DNA of 64,000 nt from an uncultured Chloroflexia bacterium (GTDB lineage: Bacteria; Chloroflexota; Limnocylindria; Limnocylindrales; CSP1-4): the NCBI GenBank assembly GCA_963768655.1, contig CAVYIM010000004.1, positions 640,001 to 704,000 on the forward strand, written 5' to 3'. Position 1 is the first letter of the stretch; each line of letters opens with the position of its first letter. A program made the position numbers and the translations under genes. Shown piece after piece: positions 40,643-49,591 of this stretch. Below the pieces are notes generated by a model. The model saw nothing but the letters and a program-made list of their open reading frames with translations, did no database searches and had not been told where the DNA came from.

Positions 40643-40650
40643 GGACCCCA

Positions 40651-41064
40651 ATGGACGAAACCATCTCGATCGTGCTCTTCTCCGGCACCGACGACAAGCT
40701 CCAGGCCGCCGCCGTCCTCGCCGCCGGGGCCGCCGCCCTGGGCCGGCCGGTCAAGATCTTCCTCCAGTATTGGGCGCTCGACGCCTTCCGGGCCGATCGA
40801 ATCATGTCCGACCACGGCCTGGCGCCTGAAGCTGGGGAGGCCGGCCGGGCCGCCGTCGACGCCGCCGCGAAGGCCGGCCAGGCTCGCTGGACTGACACAC
40901 TGCGCGCGGCCAAGGAGATCGGCGAGGTCGATATCCAGGCCTGCTCGCTCTCCATGGACATTCTCAAGCTCGAGCAGTCGGATCTGGATCCGCTCGTGGA
41001 CGGCGTCGAGGGTGTGGCAGCTTTCTACATCAATGCCGGCGAGGGCCAGATCATTTTCATCTAG
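40651..41064 (+). CDS. DsrE/DsrF-like sulfur-relay protein
   Basis: SIVLFSGTDDK, IQACSLSM, EGVAAF, terminal IIFI. Confidence 0.85.
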   Translation: MDETISIVLFSGTDDKLQAAAVLAAGAAALGRPVKIFLQYWALDAFRADRIMSDHGLAPEAGEAGRAAVDAAAKAGQARWTDTLRAAKEIGEVDIQACSLSMDILKLEQSDLDPLVDGVEGVAAFYINAGEGQIIFI

Positions 41065-41134
41065 GAAACGAGAATCCGGTACCGCGCGGTGGCGGTCCGG
41101 AGCGCGACCACTTGCTGCGAAAGGACAGGACCAG

Positions 41135-41371
41135 ATGAGCAGTCTCGATATCAAGCTCAAGGTCGACGCCAGCGGCCTCTCGTGCCCGCTGCCGATTCTC
41201 AGGGCGACCCAGGGCATCAAGACCGTTGCCTCCGGCGAGCTCATCGAGGTCGTGGCAACGGACCCGGGCTCGGTCAAGGACTTCGCTGCATGGTCGGCCT
41301 CGACCGGCAACGCGCTCGTCGAGCAGGACTCCGCCAACGGTAAGTTCCGCTTCGTCCTTCGCCGCAAGTAG
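41135..41371 (+). CDS. tusA: Sulfurtransferase TusA family
   Basis: VDASGLSCPLP, ATDPGSVKDF..W. Confidence 0.92.
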   Translation: MSSLDIKLKVDASGLSCPLPILRATQGIKTVASGELIEVVATDPGSVKDFAAWSASTGNALVEQDSANGKFRFVLRRK

Positions 41372-41427
41372 GCCCACCCTTCCGGGCGTGGGGGCAGCCC
41401 GGCCGTCAGGAACGAAAGGATGCGAAT

Positions 41428-41925
41428 ATGCCCGCAGAGGCAGCCAGCAAGACCAAGAAGGTCTGCATCATCGCCTACAGTGGCGAGCTAGAGCCGACCT
41501 GGGCCTCCATGATCATCGCCTCGACCGCGGCCGCCATGGACATGGAGGTCTCGATCTTCGTGACGTTCTGGGGATTCCACGCCCTCGTGAAGGACAGCAG
41601 GCGTCTACCCGGCCGGAACTGGATGCAGAAGATGCTATCCGTCATGCAGAGGCCGGGGATCAGCCACCGCAAGCTCAGCAAGATGAACTTCATGGGCATG
41701 GGCCCGTGGATGATGTTCCAGCTCGCCAAGCAGTACAACGTCTCCAAGCCCAAGGACCTTCTCGCGATGTGCCAGGAGCTCGGGGTCAAGATCTACCCGT
41801 GCCAGATGACCATGGACCTCTTCGGGCTCAAGAAGGAGGACCTGATCGACGGCCTCGAGGATCCGGTCGGCGCGGCGACGATGCTGCAGCTGTCGACCGA
41901 GGCCGACTCCACGCTGTTCATCTAG
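41428..41925 (+). CDS. DsrE2-like sulfur-relay protein
   Basis: IFVTFWG, LSKMNFMGMG, YPCQMTMD, VGAAT, terminal TLFI. Confidence 0.88.
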   Translation: MPAEAASKTKKVCIIAYSGELEPTWASMIIASTAAAMDMEVSIFVTFWGFHALVKDSRRLPGRNWMQKMLSVMQRPGISHRKLSKMNFMGMGPWMMFQLAKQYNVSKPKDLLAMCQELGVKIYPCQMTMDLFGLKKEDLIDGLEDPVGAATMLQLSTEADSTLFI

Positions 41926-42062
41926 CCAATTCTGCGGGGGCCATCGGCGAGAAGCCCCTGGGGTGTTGACCGCAACCTGACGGTCGCTGGGCCACGCGCC
42001 GCATGGCGCGCGCAACGCGACGCCCGGGGCGGAACGGACCGGCGAGCCCGTACACTGCCGCC

Positions 42063-42977
42063 ATGATCGACTTCACGCCCAACCCTGTTGCCCTGGGACT
42101 CGGCCCGCTCGAGATCCGCTGGTACGGCCTCGCGTACGTGGCCGCAATCGCCGCCGGGACCTGGCTCGCCTTCCGCCTTGCGCGCCAGCGCGGTGAGCGC
42201 ACCGACATGCTCATCGATGGCCTGATCATCGTCGCCGTTGCGGCCCTCGTCGGCGGACGGGCGTATCACGTCATCGATCAGTGGGCCTACTACCAGAACC
42301 ATCTTGCCCAGATTGTCCTGCCGCCGTACAGCGGCCTGGGCATCTACGGTGGACTGTTCACGGGCATGCTGGCGGTTACCTGGCTCGTCCGTCACTACCA
42401 CGTCTCGTTCTGGCGCTGGGCCGACATCCTGGCCCCGTGCATCTTGCTGGCCCAGGCAGTAGGTCGGTGGGGCAACTATATGAACCAGGAGCTGTACGGC
42501 CCGCCGACGAACCTGCCCTGGGGCATCGCCATCCAGTGCCAGTACCGCGTGGCCGAATACGCCTGTCCGGCCGGTTCCGATCCGACGGCGACGCTCGGAC
42601 AGCATTTCACGCCGCTCTTCCTCTACGAGTCGATGCTGAGCCTGCTCGGCGTCGGCGTGATGCTCTTGCTGTGGCGCCGCTTCACGGCGCGGCGCCGCCT
42701 GCTCATCGCCGGCGATGTCGGCCTGCTCTACTTCGTCTGGTATGGCGTCGAGCGCAGCATTCTCGAAACGCTCCGCAGCGGGTGGAACTGGACTTTCTTT
42801 GGTCTCGCGACGGCGCAGATCGTGGGCCTGAGCGCGGCCGCCGCGGCGATCGTCGCCATTCTCGTTCGGCACTGGTGGGTGCGGCGTCACCCCGAGGGAG
42901 CCGATGGCGCTCCGGCTGAGGCCGCGCCACAGCTGGCAACCGCAGGGCCGAGATCGGGGTCAATCGAGATCGCGTAA
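42063..42977 (+). CDS. lgt: Prolipoprotein diacylglyceryl transferase
   Basis: IRWYG, GGRAYHV, GLGIYGG, QAVGRWGNYMNQELYG, PLFLYES. Confidence 0.9.
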   Translation: MIDFTPNPVALGLGPLEIRWYGLAYVAAIAAGTWLAFRLARQRGERTDMLIDGLIIVAVAALVGGRAYHVIDQWAYYQNHLAQIVLPPYSGLGIYGGLFTGMLAVTWLVRHYHVSFWRWADILAPCILLAQAVGRWGNYMNQELYGPPTNLPWGIAIQCQYRVAEYACPAGSDPTATLGQHFTPLFLYESMLSLLGVGVMLLLWRRFTARRRLLIAGDVGLLYFVWYGVERSILETLRSGWNWTFFGLATAQIVGLSAAAAAIVAILVRHWWVRRHPEGADGAPAEAAPQLATAGPRSGSIEIA

Positions 42978-42986
42978 CGTCGACCG

Positions 42987-43349
42987 CTAGCGGAGGACGA
43001 AGATGCTCGTCAGCAGGATGAGCAGCACGGTCAGAGTTATGGCCGTGTAGAGCCGGTCCCCCTCGAGCGCGAAGCCCAGCACCGATGCCGCGACTCGTGT
43101 TACCGGTGTCGCCAGCAGGACCAGAAGGCCCAGCTGGACGACGGCGGCGGGTTCCAGGGCGGCCAGCCGGTCCGGCAGGTTGGAGAAGTTCGTCGTGGCG
43201 GCTGTGGATGCGGGTGCCGTACCCAGGAGCGAGCCCTGCCAGCCGACCGCCAGCGCCGCCGCGAAGCCGGCCCCGATGAGAGCCGCGCTGACGACCACGC
43301 CGGCGATCAGCACTGCACTGATCACCATTCTGAAACGCTCCGGCGTCAC
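42987..43349 (-). CDS. DUF1634 membrane protein
   Basis: QLGLLVLLATPVTRV; usual partner downstream of TSUP genes. Confidence 0.82.
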   Translation of the reverse strand: MTPERFRMVISAVLIAGVVVSAALIGAGFAAALAVGWQGSLLGTAPASTAATTNFSNLPDRLAALEPAAVVQLGLLVLLATPVTRVAASVLGFALEGDRLYTAITLTVLLILLTSIFVLR

Positions 43350-44188
43350 AGCCCGAACCCCAGACCACGGCCGATCGTCTCGATCCCGACAACCACGAGC
43401 ACCGGAAGAAAGACGAGCCGAACAGTGCGGTTCGATATCCGATGGAGAATCCTGGCGCCGATCAGCGCCCCGGCCAGCACGCCGAGCGCCACGGGAGCCG
43501 CTACCTGCGGGTCGATGTAACCACGACCCAGGTAAATGCCTGCCGAGGCTGCCGCCGTCACACCGATCATGAAGTTGCTCGTTGCCGAGCTGACCTTCAT
43601 CGGCAGGCGCATTGCTCCATCCATGGCGAGAACCTTGAGCACTCCAGAGCCGATCCCGAGCAGTCCGGACACCAGGCCTGCTATCCACATCAGCACGAAC
43701 CCGAGCGGAACGCGCCGCGCCGCGTACGGAACGTCGCGGTTCAGCTTGCGGTCCGGATAGGAGGACTCGAGACGAAGACGAGATGCCAGCACCGACGGCA
43801 GATCGACGGGCGGCGTCTCTTCTCCCATGCGCGCAACCTGCATGCCCGCCGATGCGAGCAGGATGATCCCGAGCAGCAGGTAGAGCAACGCCGGCGCCAC
43901 CGCGGCCGCCAGGAGTGCGCCGCAGACCGCCCCTGTGGTCGTCGCCAGCTCGAGAAACATGCCAACCCGCATGTCGGTCATGCGATCCCGGACATAGGCG
44001 GCGGCGGCGCCGGAGCTCGTGGCGATGACGGACACGATGCTCGCTCCTGCGGCCAGGTGGATGTCCACGCCGAAGCCGAACGTCAGGGCCGGGATGACCA
44101 GGATGCCGCCACCGACCCCCGCCAGAGCGCCTATGAGCCCTGCGGCGACACTGATCGCGAATACCCCAAGATCCGCAGCCGGGCTCAT
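43346..44188 (-). CDS. TSUP/TauE-SafE sulfur-compound exporter
   Basis: GVGGG, SVIATSSGAA, GLLGIGSG, KVSSATSNFMIGVTA. Confidence 0.92.
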   Translation of the reverse strand: MSPAADLGVFAISVAAGLIGALAGVGGGILVIPALTFGFGVDIHLAAGASIVSVIATSSGAAAAYVRDRMTDMRVGMFLELATTTGAVCGALLAAAVAPALLYLLLGIILLASAGMQVARMGEETPPVDLPSVLASRLRLESSYPDRKLNRDVPYAARRVPLGFVLMWIAGLVSGLLGIGSGVLKVLAMDGAMRLPMKVSSATSNFMIGVTAAASAGIYLGRGYIDPQVAAPVALGVLAGALIGARILHRISNRTVRLVFLPVLVVVGIETIGRGLGFGL

Positions 44189-44228
44189 CGGGACAGCACT
44201 GCCATGTTGTCGCCCCTAGATCTGCAAC

Positions 44229-44244
44229 TTGCGCAAGTACGCAA
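44229..44244. promoter_or_regulatory. Putative ArsR operator in tauE/rhodanese divergent promoter
   Basis: TTGCGCAAGTACGCAA, 12/16 identical to ATGCGCAACTGCGCAT at 40224. Confidence 0.55.
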
Positions 44245-44351
44245 CTGCTGGTATCTTAGCTGACGCTCGGCGAGTTCGCCTGGTGATCCGCGACCGGGGT
44301 CACCGGTTCGTGGCGCACCAGGAACCACTCCACGTTGCATTGGAGCTGCTC

Positions 44352-44687
44352 GTGCATCTCTTCGCTCGGAACCCGACCCCTGAGATCGGAGTCGACGAGC
44401 TCGAGGATCTTCTCCGGCACGGAAGCGTGCGCGTCCTGGGTGTGCGCGAGGACTGGGAATTCCGCCGCGGCCGAGTGCCCGGGGCGATCAGCGTTCCACT
44501 GGGCCGCCTGGCGTCACAAGGGGAGGAGCTGCCGCGCGACAAGCCCTGGGTGGTCATCTGCCAGAGCGGCAACCGCAGCCTGGCGGCAACGGAGCTCCTG
44601 CTGAGCCGGGGCTTCGATGGCGCTGTCTCCGCCCGCGGCGGCACGAATGCCTGGGCTCGGGGCAATCGGCCGTTGGAGAGGGGCTGA
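44352..44687 (+). CDS. Single-domain rhodanese
   Basis: GVREDWEF..GRVPGA, active loop CQSGNRS, GGTNAW; GGAG before GTG 44352. Confidence 0.88.
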   Translation: MHLFARNPTPEIGVDELEDLLRHGSVRVLGVREDWEFRRGRVPGAISVPLGRLASQGEELPRDKPWVVICQSGNRSLAATELLLSRGFDGAVSARGGTNAWARGNRPLERG

Positions 44688-44688
44688 C

Positions 44689-45318
44689 GTGGTCACCGAT
44701 CAGCGCCGGCTGGAATGGGACGAGCGCCACCGGGCAGGCGACTTCGAAGGCGAGGGGCCGAACTCCACCCTCATGCTGGGCCTGATGGGGCTGCGCCCGG
44801 GCAGTGCCCTGGAGCTTGCGTGCGGCAGCGGCACCAACGCCGTCTGGCTGGCCCGGCAGGGCTGGCGCACCACTGCCGTCGATTGGTCGCCAGTCGGTCT
44901 CGCCAATGGCAGATCCAAAGCGGACGAAGCCGGTGTTCAGGTCGATTGGCTGGAGCGCGATCTGTTCGCCTGGTCGCCGCCGGCCCGTCAGTTCGACCTG
45001 GTCGCCATCGTCTACCTGCACCTGCCGCCCGACGAACGCGGCCCTGCCTACTCGCGGGCCGCCGCGGCCGTGGCTCCCGGAGGGCGAATGCTTGTCGTGG
45101 GTCACGATCGCTTGCACGGCGCCGAGGGTCAGGGCGGACCCGATCCAGAGCGCCTGTTCACGGCCGACGAGATTGCCGCGGAGCTTCAGGCAGCCGATCC
45201 GGAGCTCGTCGTGGAACGGGCGGAAGTCGTGCGCAGGGTACCGTGGCCGGGCCGAGGCCCCATCGATTCACTTCTCATCGTCCGCCGTCCCCCAACTCGT
45301 GCGGCCCAGGCAGGATAG
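44689..45318 (+). CDS. Class I SAM-dependent methyltransferase (TehB-like)
   Basis: ALELACGSGTNAVWLA, VDWS, FDLV, APGG. Confidence 0.88.
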   Translation: MVTDQRRLEWDERHRAGDFEGEGPNSTLMLGLMGLRPGSALELACGSGTNAVWLARQGWRTTAVDWSPVGLANGRSKADEAGVQVDWLERDLFAWSPPARQFDLVAIVYLHLPPDERGPAYSRAAAAVAPGGRMLVVGHDRLHGAEGQGGPDPERLFTADEIAAELQAADPELVVERAEVVRRVPWPGRGPIDSLLIVRRPPTRAAQAG

Positions 45319-45319
45319 C

Positions 45320-45802
45320 GTGGGCTCGCAGCGGCTTCCCGACCTGGGCCGGCGTGGGGAGGGCTGGTTCCTGATGCAGCTCGTCCTCTTCGGCGCCATC
45401 GCCCTCGCCGGCACCGTTGGTCCGATCTGGAGCGGCTGGCCCAGGCTGGCCAGCGTCCTTGTCGGCGCGGTTCTGCTCGGCTGCGGCGGGGTCCTGTCCC
45501 TGCGCGGAGTCCTGGACCTGCGCGAGAACCTGACGCCTTTTCCCAGGCCGCTGCCAGGCGCCCGTCTCGTCGAGTCGGGGGCCTACCGGCTGGTCCGACA
45601 TCCGATCTACGGCGGCTTGGTGCTCGGCGCGGCGGGCTGGGGTCTGCTGACGGCCTCCGCCCTGGCCCTGCTCGGCACCCTGGTGCTGGTGGCCTTCTTC
45701 GATCTCAAGTCGCGCCGCGAGGAGATCTGGCTATCCGCCCAGTTCGAGGACTATGGCACGTACAGGAGCCGGACCCGGCGGCTGCTACCCTGGCTCTACT
45801 AG
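45320..45802 (+). CDS. ICMT/PEMT-family membrane methyltransferase
   Basis: LVESGAYRLVRHPIY, KSRREE..L, YGTYRSRT. Confidence 0.85.
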   Translation: MGSQRLPDLGRRGEGWFLMQLVLFGAIALAGTVGPIWSGWPRLASVLVGAVLLGCGGVLSLRGVLDLRENLTPFPRPLPGARLVESGAYRLVRHPIYGGLVLGAAGWGLLTASALALLGTLVLVAFFDLKSRREEIWLSAQFEDYGTYRSRTRRLLPWLY

Positions 45803-46407
45803 CGGTTCTTGTTGACCAGAGTCCGACCCGACGCCTGCCAGGCGTTCATCCCGCCCGTCAGGTTCCAGACATTGGTGTAGCCGAGGTTCAGGAGCGTCTG
45901 GGCGGCCTGGGCGCTCTGAACCCCGCTCCGGCAGTAGACCAGGATCTTGGCGTTCTTGTCGGCTGGCAACTCCGAAGCCCGTGCCGTCAGCTGGTCGTAG
46001 GGGATGTAGAGATCAGTGCCGTCGATCTCGCCGCTGTACGGCGTCTTCACGTTGATCAGCGTGAAATCCTTGTCCTGGAGCATCTGGGCCAGCTGGTCGG
46101 GAGTCACGTTGGTCCACGTGGAGACGCGCGTGGGACCCGCTGCTCCCAACTGGCTCGCGCTGGCGAGCACCGTCCCTGTGGCGGTCGAACTGCCACCCTG
46201 GTTGGCGATCGCGCCCATCACGAAGTCGGCGGCAATTACGACCACTGATATCAGAACGAGCGTGACGATGAGGAGGCCCATCTGGCCGCGTCCGCCCATC
46301 TGTGACGGGGGCGCCGGGCGCGGCGCTCGAGGGGCCTGGCTCGAGCTGTCAGGCTGCGGCGCGATTCGGCCTGCCTTCTCCGGATGCTGGCGACGCTTCG
46401 AAGTCAC
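45799..46407 (-). CDS. Membrane-anchored rhodanese
   Basis: Single N-terminal TM helix; YCRSGVQS loop; LTGGMNAW. Confidence 0.88.
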   Translation of the reverse strand: MTSKRRQHPEKAGRIAPQPDSSSQAPRAPRPAPPSQMGGRGQMGLLIVTLVLISVVVIAADFVMGAIANQGGSSTATGTVLASASQLGAAGPTRVSTWTNVTPDQLAQMLQDKDFTLINVKTPYSGEIDGTDLYIPYDQLTARASELPADKNAKILVYCRSGVQSAQAAQTLLNLGYTNVWNLTGGMNAWQASGRTLVNKNR

Positions 46408-46440
46408 GATCCCATCTCCATCGGTCCTGAAGGATCGTAA

Positions 46441-47580
46441 CTACCCGCGCAAGCGGATCGCGATCAGAGCAACAGGCCGGTACAGGACGTGGGCGAACTT
46501 GCCGAACGGCACCAGAAGCACGAGGGCCATCGCGACGCCGACGTGAAGCAGGAACATCGGGTAGCCCCATGCCGGAGCCGAGGGCAGGTAGAGCCCGAGC
46601 TCCAGCAAGAACCCGGTCACACCCGCCACCCACAGCATTCCCAGGAACGTCCAGTCGGGCGTGGTCGAGTGCAGGCTGGATCGATCGCTCTTGCGCAACC
46701 GTCGGACGATCAGCACCGTTGTGCCATAAATGAGGGCTGCTCCTGCCAGAGTGCCAAGCAGGCGCACCGGGTACCAGATCGGCACCGGCGTCCCGGTCGC
46801 CTTCAGGCCCAGGAGCTCGAGTCCGTAGTCGGCCATCGTGGCGCCCAACAGGCCCAGGAAGCCCCACATGGTCGTGAAATGGATGAACCAGCGCTGCAGG
46901 TACCACGGCCGAGATTCGGTCGCGTCGGCACACTCCTGCCGGAAGCGCGTCTGCGCGAGCGATTCGGTGCCCACGGCGTAGACAACGGCGTCGGCCGCTC
47001 TGCGGACGCCGGGTCTGCCAATCGTCTTGCCCTGGCCGCGGCCGACGTGCCGGATCATCTCGAACAGGCCGGCAAGCGCCGCCACTCCCATGATCGCCAT
47101 GACGCCCACACCCAGGTTGTGGACGAAGTCAGACGGGACGAACTGGAAGAGGGTCAGCGTCGAGCCGTCTGTCGGGCCATGGACGGAATACATGAAGGCC
47201 GCGAGGAGGCCGACGAGGGCAACGATGAAGACGCCGGCGAACCAACGCGACGTAGCCAGGAGGTAGGCCAGGTGGGTTCGGTCGTAGCTGGCCACGGCAT
47301 AGCGGCGGGCCGCGTGCATGAACGAGGCCGGATCGGCCTGGGTCGGGCAGCTCTCGCTGCACTCGGCGCAGCCGTAACAGGCCCACAGCTCCGGGCTGGA
47401 CAGCAGCTGGTCGCGGAGACCGAGCTGAGCGTAGCGGGCCATGCGTCGCGGGAACGAGGCTCCATCCACGGAGAGCGGACAGATGGCCGTGCAGACGCCG
47501 CAGTTGAAGCACGCGGAGATGTCGGTGGCGCCGAAGCGACGCAGATCCGGATAGAGGTTGTGGTCGACTCGGGCGGTCAC
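46441..47580 (-). CDS. QmoC-like protein (HdrC-like 2x[4Fe-4S] + cytochrome b membrane domain)
   Basis: CFNCGVCTAICP, CYGCAECSESCP, about 6 TM helices with His (WFIH, LLHV, GKFAH). Confidence 0.88.
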   Translation of the reverse strand: MTARVDHNLYPDLRRFGATDISACFNCGVCTAICPLSVDGASFPRRMARYAQLGLRDQLLSSPELWACYGCAECSESCPTQADPASFMHAARRYAVASYDRTHLAYLLATSRWFAGVFIVALVGLLAAFMYSVHGPTDGSTLTLFQFVPSDFVHNLGVGVMAIMGVAALAGLFEMIRHVGRGQGKTIGRPGVRRAADAVVYAVGTESLAQTRFRQECADATESRPWYLQRWFIHFTTMWGFLGLLGATMADYGLELLGLKATGTPVPIWYPVRLLGTLAGAALIYGTTVLIVRRLRKSDRSSLHSTTPDWTFLGMLWVAGVTGFLLELGLYLPSAPAWGYPMFLLHVGVAMALVLLVPFGKFAHVLYRPVALIAIRLRG

Positions 47581-47828
47581 GGCCGGGCCTCCTTTTGCAC
47601 GGCGAAGTACCGGAAGTAGCCCTCGGGCGTGGCTTCCTTGACCTCGCGCACGTAGCCGTAGCGGCGCATGCCCATGACCCAGTACATGGCCTCGTTGGCC
47701 GGACGCCCGATCGCCTCCGCGATCTCGGGAACGGTGTGGGGCCCGTCGGCGAGGACCCCGAGGATGCGGTCCCGCATGAATGGCTCCTCTCGGACGATCT
47801 CTCGAACGTCCCTGTTGGCTGACGTCAT
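47577..47828 (-). CDS. Small winged-HTH-like protein embedded in the hdr operon
   Basis: 83 aa, GPHTVPEIAEAIG..YWVMGMRRYG; overlaps both neighbours by 4 bp. Confidence 0.75.
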   Translation of the reverse strand: MTSANRDVREIVREEPFMRDRILGVLADGPHTVPEIAEAIGRPANEAMYWVMGMRRYGYVREVKEATPEGYFRYFAVQKEARP

Positions 47829-49591
47829 GCGATCGCCTCCTCGAGCAGGCCGTCGATCATGGCCGTGATCTGGGCGTCGGTGTAGCCGCGCAGGTCGATG
47901 GCGTTCTCCGGGCAGATAGGGACGCATCCACCGCAGCCCTTGCAGCCGGTCTGGCTGATCGCGGCGACCTCACGGCCGTTGAGCGACAGCTTCTCAATGG
48001 CGCCATAGGGGCAGGCGTTCTCGCACTTGCCGCACCAAGTGCATCTGTCCGGGTCCACCGTGGCCACTAGCGGGTCGAGCTCGGCGACTCCCTTCTTCAG
48101 CACCGAGGCGCTCTGGGTCACTGCGGCCAGACCCGAAGCCACGCTCTCCGCGGAGCTCTTGGGCCCCTGGCAGGCACCGGCGATCAGGACGCCGTCGACG
48201 ACGGTCTCGACCGGGCGCAGCTTGGGGTGGATCTCGTTGAAGAAGCCGTCGCTGCCGAGGGGCAGCTTGAGCAAGCCCACGAGGTCTTTGTTCTCGCGGG
48301 GGACCATGCCGGTGACCAGGACCACGAGGTCGACCGGAATCTCCAGTTCCTCATCGCCCGAGAGCAGGTCCCGGACGGTGACCGCCAGCCCGCCGGACCG
48401 GTCCGCGGTGACGACCGGTGGGGCGTCGTCGGGGTACTTGACGTAGACGGCGCCGTCCTTGCGGGCCTCGGTGTACAGGAGCTCGAGCGAGCCGTAGGTC
48501 CGGATGTCTCGATAGAGGTGGTACTGCCGCATCCCGGGGTCAAGCTCGGAGACTCGGATGGACGAGTGAGCCGTCGCCGCACAGCAGTACCGCGAGCAAT
48601 ACTCGTTGCCGTCTGGCTGGCGGCTGCCCACGCAGTAGATGTAGGCGACGCTGCGAACCGGCCTGTCGTGATAGCGCAGCTGTCCGTCGGCCCCGTCGAT
48701 CATCTCCTTGAACTCGGGCAGGGCCACGACACCGTCCATTCCGGCACCGAACTCACCATCGGCCGGCTGGTAAGAGTCGAAGCCGGTGGCGACGATGATC
48801 GAGCCGACCTCGATCGGGATCGTCTGTAGGGGATCGCCGTCGATTTGGACGCCGACCTGGTAGTTTCCGAAGCTGCCCGACTTGCTGACGACCTCGGCGC
48901 CGGTGAAGACCTTGATTGCTGGCCTCTTCCTGACCTCGGCGACGAGATGGTCGATCAGCTCGCGGCCGTTGCGCTCGTGCGGGTAGGTATTCCCGAAGCG
49001 TCCGACCCAGCCGCCCAGCTCACGCTCGCGCTCTACCAGGAAGACGCCCAGACCGACGTCGGCCAGGCCGATCGCGGCGCGGAGGCCGGAGATTCCACCA
49101 CCGATCACCAGGGCCTTCTGGGCCGTTTCGACCACGATCGGTTCCAGGGGTTCGCTCAGGCGGGTGCGGGCAATGACCCCGCGGACGAGGCCGATGGCCT
49201 TGCGGGTGGCCCCGGCAGGATCGTCGGTGTGAGTCCACGAGCATTGCTCGCGAATGTTGGCCTGGCTGTACTCGTAGGGGTTGAGCCCCGCGCGTTTGGC
49301 CACGCCACGGAAGGTCACGACGTGGAGCTTGGGCGAACAGGAGGCGACGACGAGGCCGTCGAGTCCCTGCTGCTCGATGTCCTGTTCCATCTCCTGCTGG
49401 CCCGCGTCAGAACAGGCGAACATCGTGTGCTTGGCGACGACGACGCCTGGCTCGTTCTTGACGGCGTCGACGACGGCCTGGACATCCACGTAGTCCGAGA
49501 TGTTGCCGCCGCAGTGGCAAACGTAGACACCGATTCGTCGCGCGGTCGGGCTCGGCGAAGCGAACGGGTGATCCTGCGAGAGCTCGCTCAT
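47825..49591 (-). CDS. hdrA: HdrA-family flavoprotein (QmoB-like, no fused MvhD)
   Basis: VYVCHCGGNI, ASCSP, IREQCSW, GGGISG, YCVGSR..YCSRYCC, C-terminal 2x CxxCxxCxxxCP. Confidence 0.88.
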   Translation of the reverse strand: MSELSQDHPFASPSPTARRIGVYVCHCGGNISDYVDVQAVVDAVKNEPGVVVAKHTMFACSDAGQQEMEQDIEQQGLDGLVVASCSPKLHVVTFRGVAKRAGLNPYEYSQANIREQCSWTHTDDPAGATRKAIGLVRGVIARTRLSEPLEPIVVETAQKALVIGGGISGLRAAIGLADVGLGVFLVERERELGGWVGRFGNTYPHERNGRELIDHLVAEVRKRPAIKVFTGAEVVSKSGSFGNYQVGVQIDGDPLQTIPIEVGSIIVATGFDSYQPADGEFGAGMDGVVALPEFKEMIDGADGQLRYHDRPVRSVAYIYCVGSRQPDGNEYCSRYCCAATAHSSIRVSELDPGMRQYHLYRDIRTYGSLELLYTEARKDGAVYVKYPDDAPPVVTADRSGGLAVTVRDLLSGDEELEIPVDLVVLVTGMVPRENKDLVGLLKLPLGSDGFFNEIHPKLRPVETVVDGVLIAGACQGPKSSAESVASGLAAVTQSASVLKKGVAELDPLVATVDPDRCTWCGKCENACPYGAIEKLSLNGREVAAISQTGCKGCGGCVPICPENAIDLRGYTDAQITAMIDGLLEEAIA

